This document shows, piece after piece, positions 26,101-35,276 of a DNA stretch of 64,000 nucleotides. The stretch comes from Psilocybe cubensis (Eukaryota). The position numbers and the translations under genes were made by a program. Location of the stretch: contig CM039008.1 of NCBI GenBank assembly GCA_017499595.2, forward strand, positions 496,001-560,000, written 5' to 3'. Below the pieces are notes generated by a model. The model saw nothing but the letters and a program-made list of their open reading frames with translations. It searched no databases and was not told where the DNA came from. The first letter of the stretch is position 1. Each line of letters begins with the position of its first letter.

Positions 26101-26984
26101 TTTCTGTCTGGTAGCCTATCAAAAGATTCCTTTGAAAAAACACCTTTAAACTGATGATAGTGCTTAGGAACAGTTTCTTCAAAGGTTTTCTTAGGGGAAT
26201 CAGCTTGCTGATGAGACTCTTCTGCTAATCTTTGAGACATAGTAGAAGTAGCATTAATAGACTGCTTCTGAGGATGAAGGTATGAGATAAAAATTCTATC
26301 CTCAGGCTCAATCTCAGAATCAGAAGAATCTTCAATAGAATCATCTTCTTCTTCATCAAATTGAGGGAGTTTCCTCCTTTTGACTGCAGCTATTCTCTGC
26401 CTCTTTCTTCTGGCTCTTTTGGCTTCCATTTGGCAGTCAGAGGGACATCTAATAAACTGGACATCCCCTGTCTTCCAATCAACATCTGGATTATGGTGCC
26501 AAAGCCAAGTATGTCCAATGATAGCAGATTTGTCTCCCAAGTCACAAACAGCAAAGGTGGCCCTTTCTGTATGGTTCTTGTGTACCATAATTAAGTCTAC
26601 TTCCTCATGGATAGAGCCACTCTTGTTGAGAGTACCATCAACATTATAGACTGGAATGGCTCTAGGAAGTTTCCTTGTGTTGAGATTATGATACTTCACA
26701 AAACCAGAATGCAGAAAGAGGCCAGTAGCTCCAGAATCAAGTAAAGCATCAACAGATAACCTTTTCTCTGTGTCCATTGTCTTTAAGATGACAGACAAAT
26801 GGGTAGAGGTTTTAGGATTATGGTTGAGGATGTAGATCTTTTCAGGGAAGGTAGAAAGAGAGGAAGAAGAAGACATGATTTCTGCACCAGAATCTGAAGA
26901 CTGAGGATCAAGTCTGTCAATTTCATTTTCTAGTACATTAAATCTATTCCATTGGGACATGTCTTTCACCAATGGTGCTTCTAA
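23103..26984 (-). CDS. pol: Pol polyprotein: protease, RT, RNase H, integrase, chromodomain (reached by a -1 frameshift from gag)
   Basis: LLDSGA protease; YMDD RT; ADSSD...NYEIHDKEMLAI RNase H; HH-CC zinc finger, SVDFI, CDRG and GQTER integrase with GPY motif; chromodomain WEVEFI...YLVKWKNY...TWEP. Stop codon abuts the 3' LTR. Confidence 0.97.
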   Translation of the reverse strand, partial: LEAPLVKDMSQWNRFNVLENEIDRLDPQSSDSGAEIMSSSSSLSTFPEKIYILNHNPKTSTHLSVILKTMDTEKRLSVDALLDSGATGLFLHSGFVKYHNLNTRKLPRAIPVYNVDGTLNKSGSIHEEVDLIMVHKNHTERATFAVCDLGDKSAIIGHTWLWHHNPDVDWKTGDVQFIRCPSDCQMEAKRARRKRQRIAAVKRRKLPQFDEEEDDSIEDSSDSEIEPEDRIFISYLHPQKQSINATSTMSQRLAEESHQQADSPKKTFEETVPKHYHQFKGVFSKESFDRLPDRKPWDHAIELKPGSEPYRSKIYPLSPNEQKELDAFLEENLKSGRIRPSKSPMASPVFFVKKKDGSLRLVQDYRKLNEMTIKNSYPLPLISDIITKLSKAKYFTKLDVRWGFNNVRIKKGDEWKAAFRTNRGLFEPLVMFFGLTNSPATFQTMMNDIFIELIDGNVVIVYMDDILIFTETLDHHREVVKQVLQILEQNKLYLKAEKCEFEKEKIEYLGLIISQGRIEMDPVKVEGVSKWPEPENVKDVQSFLGFVNFYRRFIEDFADIAKPLHELTKKGTVWRWSLRQQEAFDQLKKKVTSSPVLIFPDDNKPYKVEADSSDYATGAVLSQEGSDGKWHPVAFMSKSLSEVERNYEIHDKEMLAIIRALDEWRHYLEGTQHSFEIWTDHKNLEYFMVAQKLSRRQARWSLFLSRFDFTLHHRPGKRSLKPDALSRRPDHKKGENDNQNVVLLKPSYFKIQALKQGHATITGAENDLLKKIREAKEMDEKVVKAVQELKKSSTKKIEGQEWSEEQGLILYRGKVYVPKDKDLRRKIVELHHDAFIAGHPGKWKTIELVSRNYWWPGMSHFIAAYTRGCDRCNRTKTFPAKPLGLLIPTEIPSDVWQCISVDFIMGLPECQGYNAIMVVVDRLSKMIHIIPTTDEVTSEGTARLYRDYVWKHHGLPIKILCDRGPQFVSRFMKELNSILGIQTASSTAYHPQTDGQTERVNQEIEQYLRLFINHRQDDWVEWLALAEFSYNNRVQASTRQTPFMLNNGRHPRMGTEPLRDSKMDTVDTFVKNMEEARKEAESALRKAADDMAKFYNRHRGTPTQYKVGDLVWLDGKDLKTDRPSKKLDDKRYGPYKITKVISPNAYELKLPSTMKIHPVFNVVKLLPYHPDIVGRKPPSRPPPVIQGENPEWEVEFIKDSRLFRNKLQYLVKWKNYPNEECTWEPAEHLKNASKAIKDFHAKHPSAPRRISAVTFDRLSFTPIINFTEPPPLLKPSKLTHPCAHCGKCALERG

Positions 26985-28108
26985 AAATTTTTCTTTTCCT
27001 CATCTTTCTGCTCCTTGCCTTCCAAGATTAATTTCCCAAAGTAGTCAGCCAGTTCTTCATGGGTCATAGCATTGATGTTAACTGATGACCTGCAGTTTAC
27101 AGCCTTATGACCAGGCTTTCTGCACTTGAAGCAAACAATTGGCCTAACTGACTTCCATCCAGAGTCAACCTCCATGGGAACTACATCTGGTTGCTTTGCC
27201 TGAGCACCAAAGGTCCTTGAGCTGCTGTTGGAAAAGACTGGAGGATTTGGAGTAGGCTTAGGAACAGCCTTGGGAGTTGGGGCTTTAAGGAAGGGAGAAG
27301 AAGAGGAGGAGGAAAGAGACTTGGTAAAGGCCTCACTCTGTCTCCACTGCCTATCTAGCCTAGTACTCCATTTAATCCATCCATCCAAGGTTTTGGGCAT
27401 GTCAGGAACATAGTAGACTGCATTCCTAAGATTTTCATTAAGCCCAGCCTTGAATTGGTCTACCAAAGCAGCATCATTATACCCAGTATCTGAGATCAGA
27501 GCCCTGAAGCTAGCAACATACTCATCAGCAGTCTGTCTGCCTTGCTTGAGCATGTGCATTTTATGCTTAGCTGTGTTGGAGGGGTCTGGATCTGCAAACA
27601 CTTCCCTAAATTCATAAACAAAGTCAGCCCAAAGACCTTCTTGGGACTGAGCATTGTCTATTACTTTAGTCTTCTCATATGCCCACTTCCCAGCAGTACC
27701 TCCTTTCATATGAGATAGAGCACAAATAACTTTCTGAAAGTCATCTGTAATCCCTTTCCCATAGAAATATAATTTAAGCTGACTGAGGAAGTTTTCTGCC
27801 TTCTCCATAGAACCATCAAATGGATCTGGAGGTGAGACTTTAATGGCAGAGTGTGAACAGGAAGGGGCAACATGAGGGGTAGGGAAAGAGTGAATATCTA
27901 GAGCAGCAGGTGGTGGTGGTGGTGGTGGTGGTGGTGGTGGTGGTGGTGATGGTGACTGACTGACTGGTTGCTGAGGGTGTGGTGGAGTGGATAATGACTG
28001 CTGCTGCTGTCTAAGAAAATTTAACTCTTGGGTAAGGAGCTGGACCTGATGCATGAGCTCTTCCACAGAAGGAGTGGTGGGAGGCAATTGGGAGGGGTCC
28101 ATGTCCAT
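26981..28108 (-). CDS. gag: Gag protein
   Basis: 375 aa with a poly-Pro tract, PDPFDG, LKQG...ADEYVASF capsid motif, VPMEVD and CFKCRKPGHKAVNC zinc knuckle. Confidence 0.95.
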   Translation of the reverse strand: MDMDPSQLPPTTPSVEELMHQVQLLTQELNFLRQQQQSLSTPPHPQQPVSQSPSPPPPPPPPPPPPPAALDIHSFPTPHVAPSCSHSAIKVSPPDPFDGSMEKAENFLSQLKLYFYGKGITDDFQKVICALSHMKGGTAGKWAYEKTKVIDNAQSQEGLWADFVYEFREVFADPDPSNTAKHKMHMLKQGRQTADEYVASFRALISDTGYNDAALVDQFKAGLNENLRNAVYYVPDMPKTLDGWIKWSTRLDRQWRQSEAFTKSLSSSSSSPFLKAPTPKAVPKPTPNPPVFSNSSSRTFGAQAKQPDVVPMEVDSGWKSVRPIVCFKCRKPGHKAVNCRSSVNINAMTHEELADYFGKLILEGKEQKDEEKKNF

Positions 28109-28601
28109 GGGTAGGGGTAGGTAGGCTCTCTGATGTGTGTGTGGGAGAAGCTATCTACTGAAAGTGCCCTTGAAACTATACTAAGTATTCTAAAAAAAAA
28201 TATCTATCTACTGGATACCCAGTTGTCACACCACTCAGGGCTCTAAACCTAGGATCACAGGGTTACTGGATATTTCCTAGACCACCAAAAACAGAACACT
28301 AGTAGGACTGTGTCTGCCCCAACAGTTGGTATCCCTATCTACTAAGTTCACACACAGCACACAACAGAGAGTAGGAAAGATGATGAGCCAAAGGTCTTGA
28401 GGAAAGGTCTTGAGGAAAGGTTTTGAGGAGGATGTTGAAGATTGGTGGAGATGTAGAGATTGGTAAGAAGATTGGTGAAGAGGTTGATGAAGAGGTTGGT
28501 GGATTGGAAGTGGAGGAAGAAGGTTGAGGTGATGGTGTTGAAGAGGTTGAAGAGGTGAAGAGTTTGGTGTTGAAAGAGAGATGGTGGAGTTGTCTTGAGA
28601 G

Positions 28602-28612
28602 AGCTTCAATCT
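28602..28612 (-). promoter_or_regulatory. Primer-binding site complementary to the element's own predicted transcript 5' end
   Basis: Minus-strand AGATTGAAGCT lies 2 nt after the 5' LTR. It is complementary to minus-strand AGCTTCAATCT at 28789-28779, which is 26 nt downstream of TATAAATA (28823-28816). Confidence 0.75.
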
Positions 28613-28614
28613 TC

Positions 28615-29064
28615 TGTCAGGGCAACACTATAATCAGTGTGACAAGGCCACCAACAAAGATTAAGCAAGAGAGAGAAAGAGAGAGCAGAGGGAGAGTAAG
28701 AGAGCAAAGAGAGAATAAGAGAGTGAGAGAGATTCAATGGTTCTAAGAGATCACACCAATGATAGTGGATATCCTAAGAGATTGAAGCTGAAGCTACAGC
28801 TACCTACAAGTCCAGTATTTATACTCTACAGCTATTCTAGAATATTCCCTACATTACATCATAAAGGAAGGTTAAAGAATAAAAGTGACATCATATAGAA
28901 AAAGGATGAGTAAGACTAGGAATCATATAGAATTTACTAGAAAGAAGTGGAGCAAGAAGGCTGTGATGAAAGAAATAAACTATCTAATCAGATAATTGAT
29001 AAGATAATGAAAGAATAAGATAATTCTGTGAAGATAAAGAGGGGAAACTGGAGAAACCCTGACA
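28615..29064 (-). repeat. 5' LTR
   Basis: 450 bp; TATA box at 28816-28823 on the minus strand. Confidence 0.97.
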
Positions 29065-30572
29065 CTCGCACAATCTCAAACAATCTCCGAGGCAATGTGT
29101 CTCAGAATTGAGCAGGCACTGCAAGATTTCCATGCCAATAAACAAGCCATCCTTGACGCGGGAGCACGTCGAGGTAAAAAAAACAACCCAATCGATAATT
29201 TCTATATTCCAAAACTCGAGTTTTTGCAAAGTGTAGTACACGCAATTAGACTAAATGGATGTGCAATCCAATGGTCTGCAGACACGACAGAGCATGCACA
29301 TATCGAGGTGGTCAAAGCCCCTTCCAGTTCCAGCAATAATCAAAGATACGAGCCTCAAGTTTGTCGATACCTTGATCGTCGTGACAAATTGCGCAATTTC
29401 GATTTGTTTACAGCTATACGAGAAATGAGGATTGATTTTCGGGCTATACACTCTGCAACAATTACGGATGAGGAGGAGCAGGAGGAGGGGGATGAGGGGG
29501 AGGAAAACGGCGAGGTTGTGATGGACACAACGTCAGAACTTCTTTCAACAATCATGCCGATGACAACCTTTCAATCAGCAAAGTCCAATCGCATTGTGGA
29601 TTACTTCTACAAAGCTAGTCTCTATGAGCGTGGCGTATTGGAAGGCCCAGTCCCCTACAGAACATTTTCTTGCAGCAAAAACGTTGTTGCCCATTTATCT
29701 AGGGATGCTAGTTCCAAAAGATTGCATATCGACGAGGTTGCGAGCATTTTTAAAATTCCCGACCTACGACCAGCAATTGCCGATTATGTGTCACTCATCA
29801 ATAAGGAATCAAATCCGAGACAGACCAATTCTCGAGGTTATCACATCAAGGGGATAACTGGCAGGCGTGTTTCTCCTCCCGGTTGTCCGTTGCCGTATTC
29901 AAAACTTGAGGTATGGCATAAGGTCCGTATACAGTCGACTGCGTACCAATACCCTCATGAGATCCTGGAGGCAGTCACACTTAATGCATATCCGCCATCT
30001 AACAAACATCCTTTTGGATACTTCGATTCAGCAATCATAAACGTGGATGAATCTGAGGAGTGGCCTCGCAGCGGGCTTCAAGGTAGTACTTCTTTGTGAC
30101 TTTTTTCCGAACCCCGTTGACCAGCCAATATTGTAGGCCATTCTGTCGTCGACATTCGTATTATTTTTCGCATTGTCGGAGAGACACCCAGTACTGTGTC
30201 TCCCGATATTACTGGAAGATTTCTCGCATACGTCCAACGTTTTGAGGTTTTAAATCAGCCACAGTCTCTAGGTTCTGCGATCCGTGGACCTTACCCAGAG
30301 CCAATAACCGGCATGTATAAATTAAAACAAAGTCAACGTACAGATAACACCATTATGGGTGGAATTTTACCATTGAATCAAATACGCTCCCTGGTTGATC
30401 TGGTCCCTCAGATGGGCGAGAAGGCAAGGCGAAGCCTTACTACACATAACAGTCATTCCACTAGCACCGAGTTCCGATTAAACAAATATTTTGACAAAGA
30501 ACTCTATTTGGCCCTGTCATCATAACATATCCACCTCAGGAAACCCACAAAGTTTTCAATCCCTAATGCACA

Positions 30573-31077
30573 TTGCCACTCAAATTATCACCCAACACGC
30601 CGGCCTCGTTGTACACAAAGACGACTCGGATCAATATCAACAGCCGCTTCTCACCAGTCCCGCTTTCTCACACTGTATCATCGTCACCTACTGCATATCC
30701 CTCCATCCATCTCATCTCTGCAGAATCAAGTCGTTCTCGCTCATCTTCCGCTCACCACCGCCCAAACTCCAAAGGATTCTTCCCAGAGTGCCTCTTCCTC
30801 TAAACAAAAATTCGCCTCCAGTCTTGTTGGTCCGTCCTGTCCTCAATTAGCGCCCATCTTGCCGGAGATACTCACTTTATTTTTTCAATTCCATTGCAGA
30901 TTAAGCTGTCAGCACCTTATCTGAGATCTGGCGCCCTCAAGACATTCCCTCCCTATTTCTACCCACTGAAGTCCTTTGAGGATTGAGGACATCTGGAAAC
31001 ATACTGCAGACAGCACTATGTTATCTCGAAGCCATTCGTCCCAAGGTTCCCAAAATTTGCAAGAGGAAAGCATTGGC
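30573..31077 (+). pseudogene. Degraded, internally deleted duplicate of the adjacent cyclin gene
   Basis: 30673-30952 matches 31109-31387, including the intron. 30969-31077 matches 31617-31726. TAA replaces CAA just after the splice acceptor. Confidence 0.8.
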
Positions 31078-32209
31078 CTCTCTCCCACAATCCATACCTG
31101 CCATGCCTCTGTATCATTACCTACTGAATACCCCTCCATCCGTCTCATTTCTGCAGAATCAAGTTGTTCTCACTCATCTATTCCACCCACCACTGCGCAA
31201 ATTCCAAAGGATTCTTCCCAGAGCGCCTCTTCTTCTAAACAAAAATTTTTTTCAAGGCTTGCCGGTCCGTCCTGTCCTCAATTAGCGCCCACCTTGCCGG
31301 AGATACTCACTTTATTTTTTAAATTCCATTGCAGATCAAGCTGTCAGCACCTTGTCCGAGATCTGGCACCCTCAGGATATTCCTTCCGTGTTCCTACCCC
31401 CCGCCAAAGTAGGGGGTAGCTCTTTTCCTCCTACTCATTCCCGTCCAACTTCCAAGCAGATCTCTTCCGATTTGCAATCCATAGCGTCTCATACACATCC
31501 AATACATCCACACAACAGTCATCCCTCCGTATCCGGCCATAACCCTTCCCCGACCCTCTTGCTTGCCTCGGGCACCAAATCCGATCAGATATTACCCCTC
31601 AAGTCTTTTGTTTATAAAGTCCTTCGCCACTCAAGGACATCTAAAAACGTACTGCAGATAGCACTATGTTATCTAGAATCCATTCGTCCCAAGGTCCCAC
31701 AGATTTTGCAAGAGGAAAACATCGGCATTCGCTCTTATGCTCAGCCCAAAAGCAGTATTCAGAAAGCTACCCCAGAAGAGCTGGCGATGGATGCTGAGCT
31801 TACTGCTCTTGAGAACTCCGGCAAGATCAACATCATCAATAATTTCATTGACAATTCTATGCAAACATTCCGTGTTGCCGATTCTGGTTCACAAGATCTG
31901 GCTGAATCGTGCATCTATCCACAAGACTCTCTGTCCAGCGTAGATGTGCAGGTCTCAACGGCTCCTCTTTCCACCACCCTTTCTTTGCCATCTCCCCTCC
32001 TGTGTCCCCGTAGAGCCTTTCTGGCATCCCTCATCCTGGCCTCCAAATTTTCACAAGAAAAGTGTTATTCTAACCGTGCTTGGGCAAGGTTATCTGGTCT
32101 CCCACCTCGTGAAATTGGTCGCTGCGAACGTGCCCTCGCACAAGCCTTGCAATGGCGACTCTGGGTCGGCAAATGCGCCTTTGGTGAGAGTGCTGCAACT
32201 GCCACATAG
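31018..32209 (+). CDS. Pcl/Clg1-type (PHO80-like) cyclin; start uncertain
   Basis: PLKSFVYKVLRHSRTSKNVLQIALCYLESIR and LPSPLLCPRRAFLASLILASKFSQEKCYSNRAWARLSGLPPREIGRCERALAQALQWRLWV form the cyclin box. Intron 31265-31334 joins SRLA|DQAVSTLSEIW. Confidence 0.85.
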
Positions 32210-32453
32210 TCTCAATAAGTTTCAACTTTCACGACCGCGCCATGTAGTACGCATTCTCAATAATCACTCTTTTGCTTGCCACCACTACGCGCGCTCCTCC
32301 CGCATTCAGTTAGATAGGCATCTTCTTAGACTAGCCTAGAAAAATCTATAGAACTTTGTTTTACGTATACAGAACCCCTGAAGAATTTTTATACCCGCGA
32401 AGTTTGTTTTCAGCTTGAATTCCAACTACGACAAAGTGAGCGTATCACACACC

Positions 32454-33004
32454 ATGCAAATCATCAGCTATGAGGAAATTTTACGAATCGAAGCAGAAGT
32501 ATTGGCCCCTACTTTCCCAGATCTAATACATCCTACAACTTTCCCAGAGGCCGCCTCACTTGCTTCTCAAAGACAGCAATACGACTTGGAAATGGCTCAG
32601 TTAGTTGAGCAGACCCAAAAAATGGTCCTTTTGACCGAGAACAGGCTGATACTGGCCATCCTGGCCCTTTTCAACGAAATTAACTGGACCACCCTGGACC
32701 CAAGGTTACTATCGTTGGCTAAAGCCAAGATTACCGAGGGTGACCAGTGGCTCAAAGCACGAGCCGTGAGTTTTCTGTTTCTTCAAGTTTCAAGTTGATA
32801 CTCTTGCTTAAGATAACTAGGAGGAGACACTTCGGGATGCAGACTCAGGCAGCCCCGAGCACATATTGACCCAAGGGATGTCCATTATAGCCAACGGCCA
32901 GATTCATATTCGAACGGTAGAGGTGAGTCACAGTGATAACTACTTTGTTTCTACACTTTCTTAGTAATGGGCAGGATCTCATACGAGAATGTCAGGATCA
33001 TTAA
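32454..33004 (+). CDS. Small three-exon hypothetical helical protein
   Basis: MQIISYEEILRIEAE...WLKARA, then GTGAGT..AG, EETLRDAD...RTVE, GTGAGT..CAG, DLIRECQDH*. The introns keep the frame. Confidence 0.6.
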
Positions 33005-34295
33005 TAGGGTCAAGATACTACATTGTAAATAGACACTTAATTGCCTTTAAAAATGTACATTTTATTGCTTGATATGATTGAAGAGCTTTACTGAGACCAA
33101 TCACATTGGACATCAAACTCTCCTAAGTCTGGAATCGTACATAGAGATAGCTAGGAAAATCCAAAGCTCGCAGTAGTAATGTTGGAATGCTACAGAGCTC
33201 AACGGAGCATCCCGCCGATGACACATGACGCTATACTGTCTACAGCCCACTTTGATGCTACATCCGGTTGGCAGGACAATACGTTGAGTTACCTCCGAAA
33301 ATCCGGATTTACTGATGCTGACGGATTCCCTGTGAATAGAAACTCAATAGACATGTAATTGGGTGCTATTTGCATGTTTAGAGCTGCGCCAATACGCACC
33401 TACACTTCCGAGTAGCATTGTGGCGGCCAGTCGAAACGAGAACTTTTTGAAAGTTGACGCCCCTTTTCAATTCTTGAGTCATCTTAAGTATGCCAAATGA
33501 AAGTGCTCCCTGCTAAGGGTTGAGGATAATCTGCGCAGTGCAGGTGCAGTGCATTGTTGATGGTTGATAGGCAAACGAGAAAAACCTTCTGTAGGACCTA
33601 GGACATCCTTCACCTTTGTTCTTCTTTAGTTTCCTCCAGGTTCCTGAAATGGCCCTTTGGAGAAGAATTGGATCACGCCTCGGACATCCGGATGCACCCC
33701 AGTGAAGTCATAAAGGTTTCCTTTGGTACAATGATCTCGCTCTGGGCAATTTCGGATGAACTTTCTTACTATGTCTCTCTGTATAAATTGTGCGTCAATG
33801 AGAAGCAGTCGACTCTTTCCCCCTTGCTCTCCGTAACAAATCCTCCCCAATAACGAGAACACCTCTAGTTCTCTTGCGACAGTGGCTGGACGTGTTGAAA
33901 AAAGCTCCAGGAAACGAGATAATACGACTCAGATTTTTCTTTCATCAAGTCGAGTATGGGCAGCGGCTTGTGGAAGTGGCTCTCTTCTGCATTCTTAGCC
34001 ATGACAAACGGGACACGAGGATTTCAAGGAGGTTACATCCCTTTAATCGGGAGCCCTCATTGTTTTGAGTCGGTACAGCTCATTCATCGTCTTTCTTTTC
34101 AGCATACAATGACATCTAAAATGCAGTGCAAAATGAGGAACGATCGACGGCAAACTCTCAAGTCTGACGGGAAGAAAAATTTTCGGCGTCCGTGTTCTTT
34201 GTGTCAAGGCTCCCGAGTCAAGCGTCGTCATCTTTAATCATGATATAAAAAGCCGTGAGGAAGAAACGGAGGGCACTGTTCTCCTTCCTCTAAAA

Positions 34296-35276
34296 ATGAC
34301 CCACACTTGGGTGGAATTTGGAATTTCGCGGATGGAGACGCAATTCCAGCTTTGGCTCGATGAAGTGTGTGACGACCGCTCAGTAACCCATGCGACGGAC
34401 AAGCACGTCCTGCATATCAAAATTGGACCCACCCTGGTTCCCGCTGACGAGTATGCGTTGTTGGAATTTGTGGAAATGCACATCCTTCGTCATCCCTATC
34501 TGCAATCCGTCAACGTAACCGCATTTTTGGGGACATGGTCCCGCAGACTGCACGACGAAATCGAAGGACGTCTGAATCTTACCGTTACATTCCGTGTTCG
34601 GCTTGTAGACCCGGAAAGGTACCTGGAGTACACCCAAACGTCGCTCGGTTCCCCAGTTCCGCTCCGAAATAAGCCATCAGCATTTACCCGTACCCCGTAC
34701 AAGGCCTCTGTGACCTTTGCATTGGATGGTATATCTAGACGAAGTCTTTTGGCAGTCTCGCACCTCAATAATATCTCCCGCTTGACGGTCCGTGGGCCAT
34801 ACAGTACAAAGTGGAGATCGATTCCTCAGCATATCGCACGAGCATCTGAAAACATTGTTAATTTTCTTGTCGGTTCGCGTGAAGCTTTGAGGGATCTGGA
34901 GGAGGTGACTCTGAGCCTCGATTTTCAGGACACGATCGACCCCATTTTGGTTGAACTCCAGCAGAATACCTCAATTGCTACGCTGACTTTGACCACGCCC
35001 ACGCGTTCTGTGAGTCCTGCGACGATTCTTAACACGGCCGTGGCCATCCAAAGCGGGATGGTATCAATATTTCCGAAACTTGTTGAGCTCATTCTGCCCA
35101 CTGTGTATGTCAATGCCAACAATCGCGCCCTGGGTAATGTTCTAGATTCCAGATTCGAATTTTGCACGGATAGCAGAGTCGCAGATGGCGGCGTATTGAC
35201 GATGTTCTATAATGGATCAGGACTTCGTTTGGTATCTCGGAAACCTCTCATATTTCTCCCTGTCAAGCTTTATTGA
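34296..35276 (+). CDS. Hypothetical protein (326-aa ORF; may have upstream exons from ~33690)
   Basis: Long uninterrupted ORF with protein-like composition; no family recognised. Confidence 0.55.
   Translation: MTHTWVEFGISRMETQFQLWLDEVCDDRSVTHATDKHVLHIKIGPTLVPADEYALLEFVEMHILRHPYLQSVNVTAFLGTWSRRLHDEIEGRLNLTVTFRVRLVDPERYLEYTQTSLGSPVPLRNKPSAFTRTPYKASVTFALDGISRRSLLAVSHLNNISRLTVRGPYSTKWRSIPQHIARASENIVNFLVGSREALRDLEEVTLSLDFQDTIDPILVELQQNTSIATLTLTTPTRSVSPATILNTAVAIQSGMVSIFPKLVELILPTVYVNANNRALGNVLDSRFEFCTDSRVADGGVLTMFYNGSGLRLVSRKPLIFLPVKLY

Larger units (their letters stand above)
22653..29064 (-). mobile_element. Full-length Ty3/Gypsy chromovirus LTR retrotransposon (6412 bp)
   Basis: Two 450-bp LTRs with TGTCAGGG...CCCTGACA ends; CTCGC TSD at 22648-22652 and 29065-29069; intact gag and pol; polypurine tract AGAGAGGGGG beside the 3' LTR. 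Confidence 0.98.
20804..30525 (+). pseudogene. Plavaka transposase interrupted by an LTR retrotransposon
   Basis: N-terminal CPRC...H...C zinc finger; YYPFASKDEWEL; LPKGATLVPPIISTDKT; LIVDTPES; EPLHHWHKMFWDH; GFRHFKEGISSLKQVTGREHRD; IPKLEFLQS...QWSADTTEHAHI. Introns 21350-21405, 21697-21750 and ~30083-30136. Removing the insert plus one TSD restores DFRYLA|QSQTISEAM in frame. Confidence 0.9.
8642..33317. mobile_element. Candidate giant Plavaka (CACTA/CMC-related) DNA transposon with cargo genes
   Basis: Encodes a Plavaka transposase. Inverted ends: CATCAGCAATACCGG... at 8642 versus the reverse complement of 33278-33317, CATCAGTAAATCCGG... (24/40 identical, ungapped). CT flanks both ends (8640-8641, 33318-33319). 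TGTAGCAT motifs lie inside the left end and ATGCTACA inside the right end. Boundaries are inferred. Confidence 0.6.

Noticed and set aside
27909-27948. (GGT)n microsatellite
   Set aside because: It encodes the poly-proline tract of Gag.
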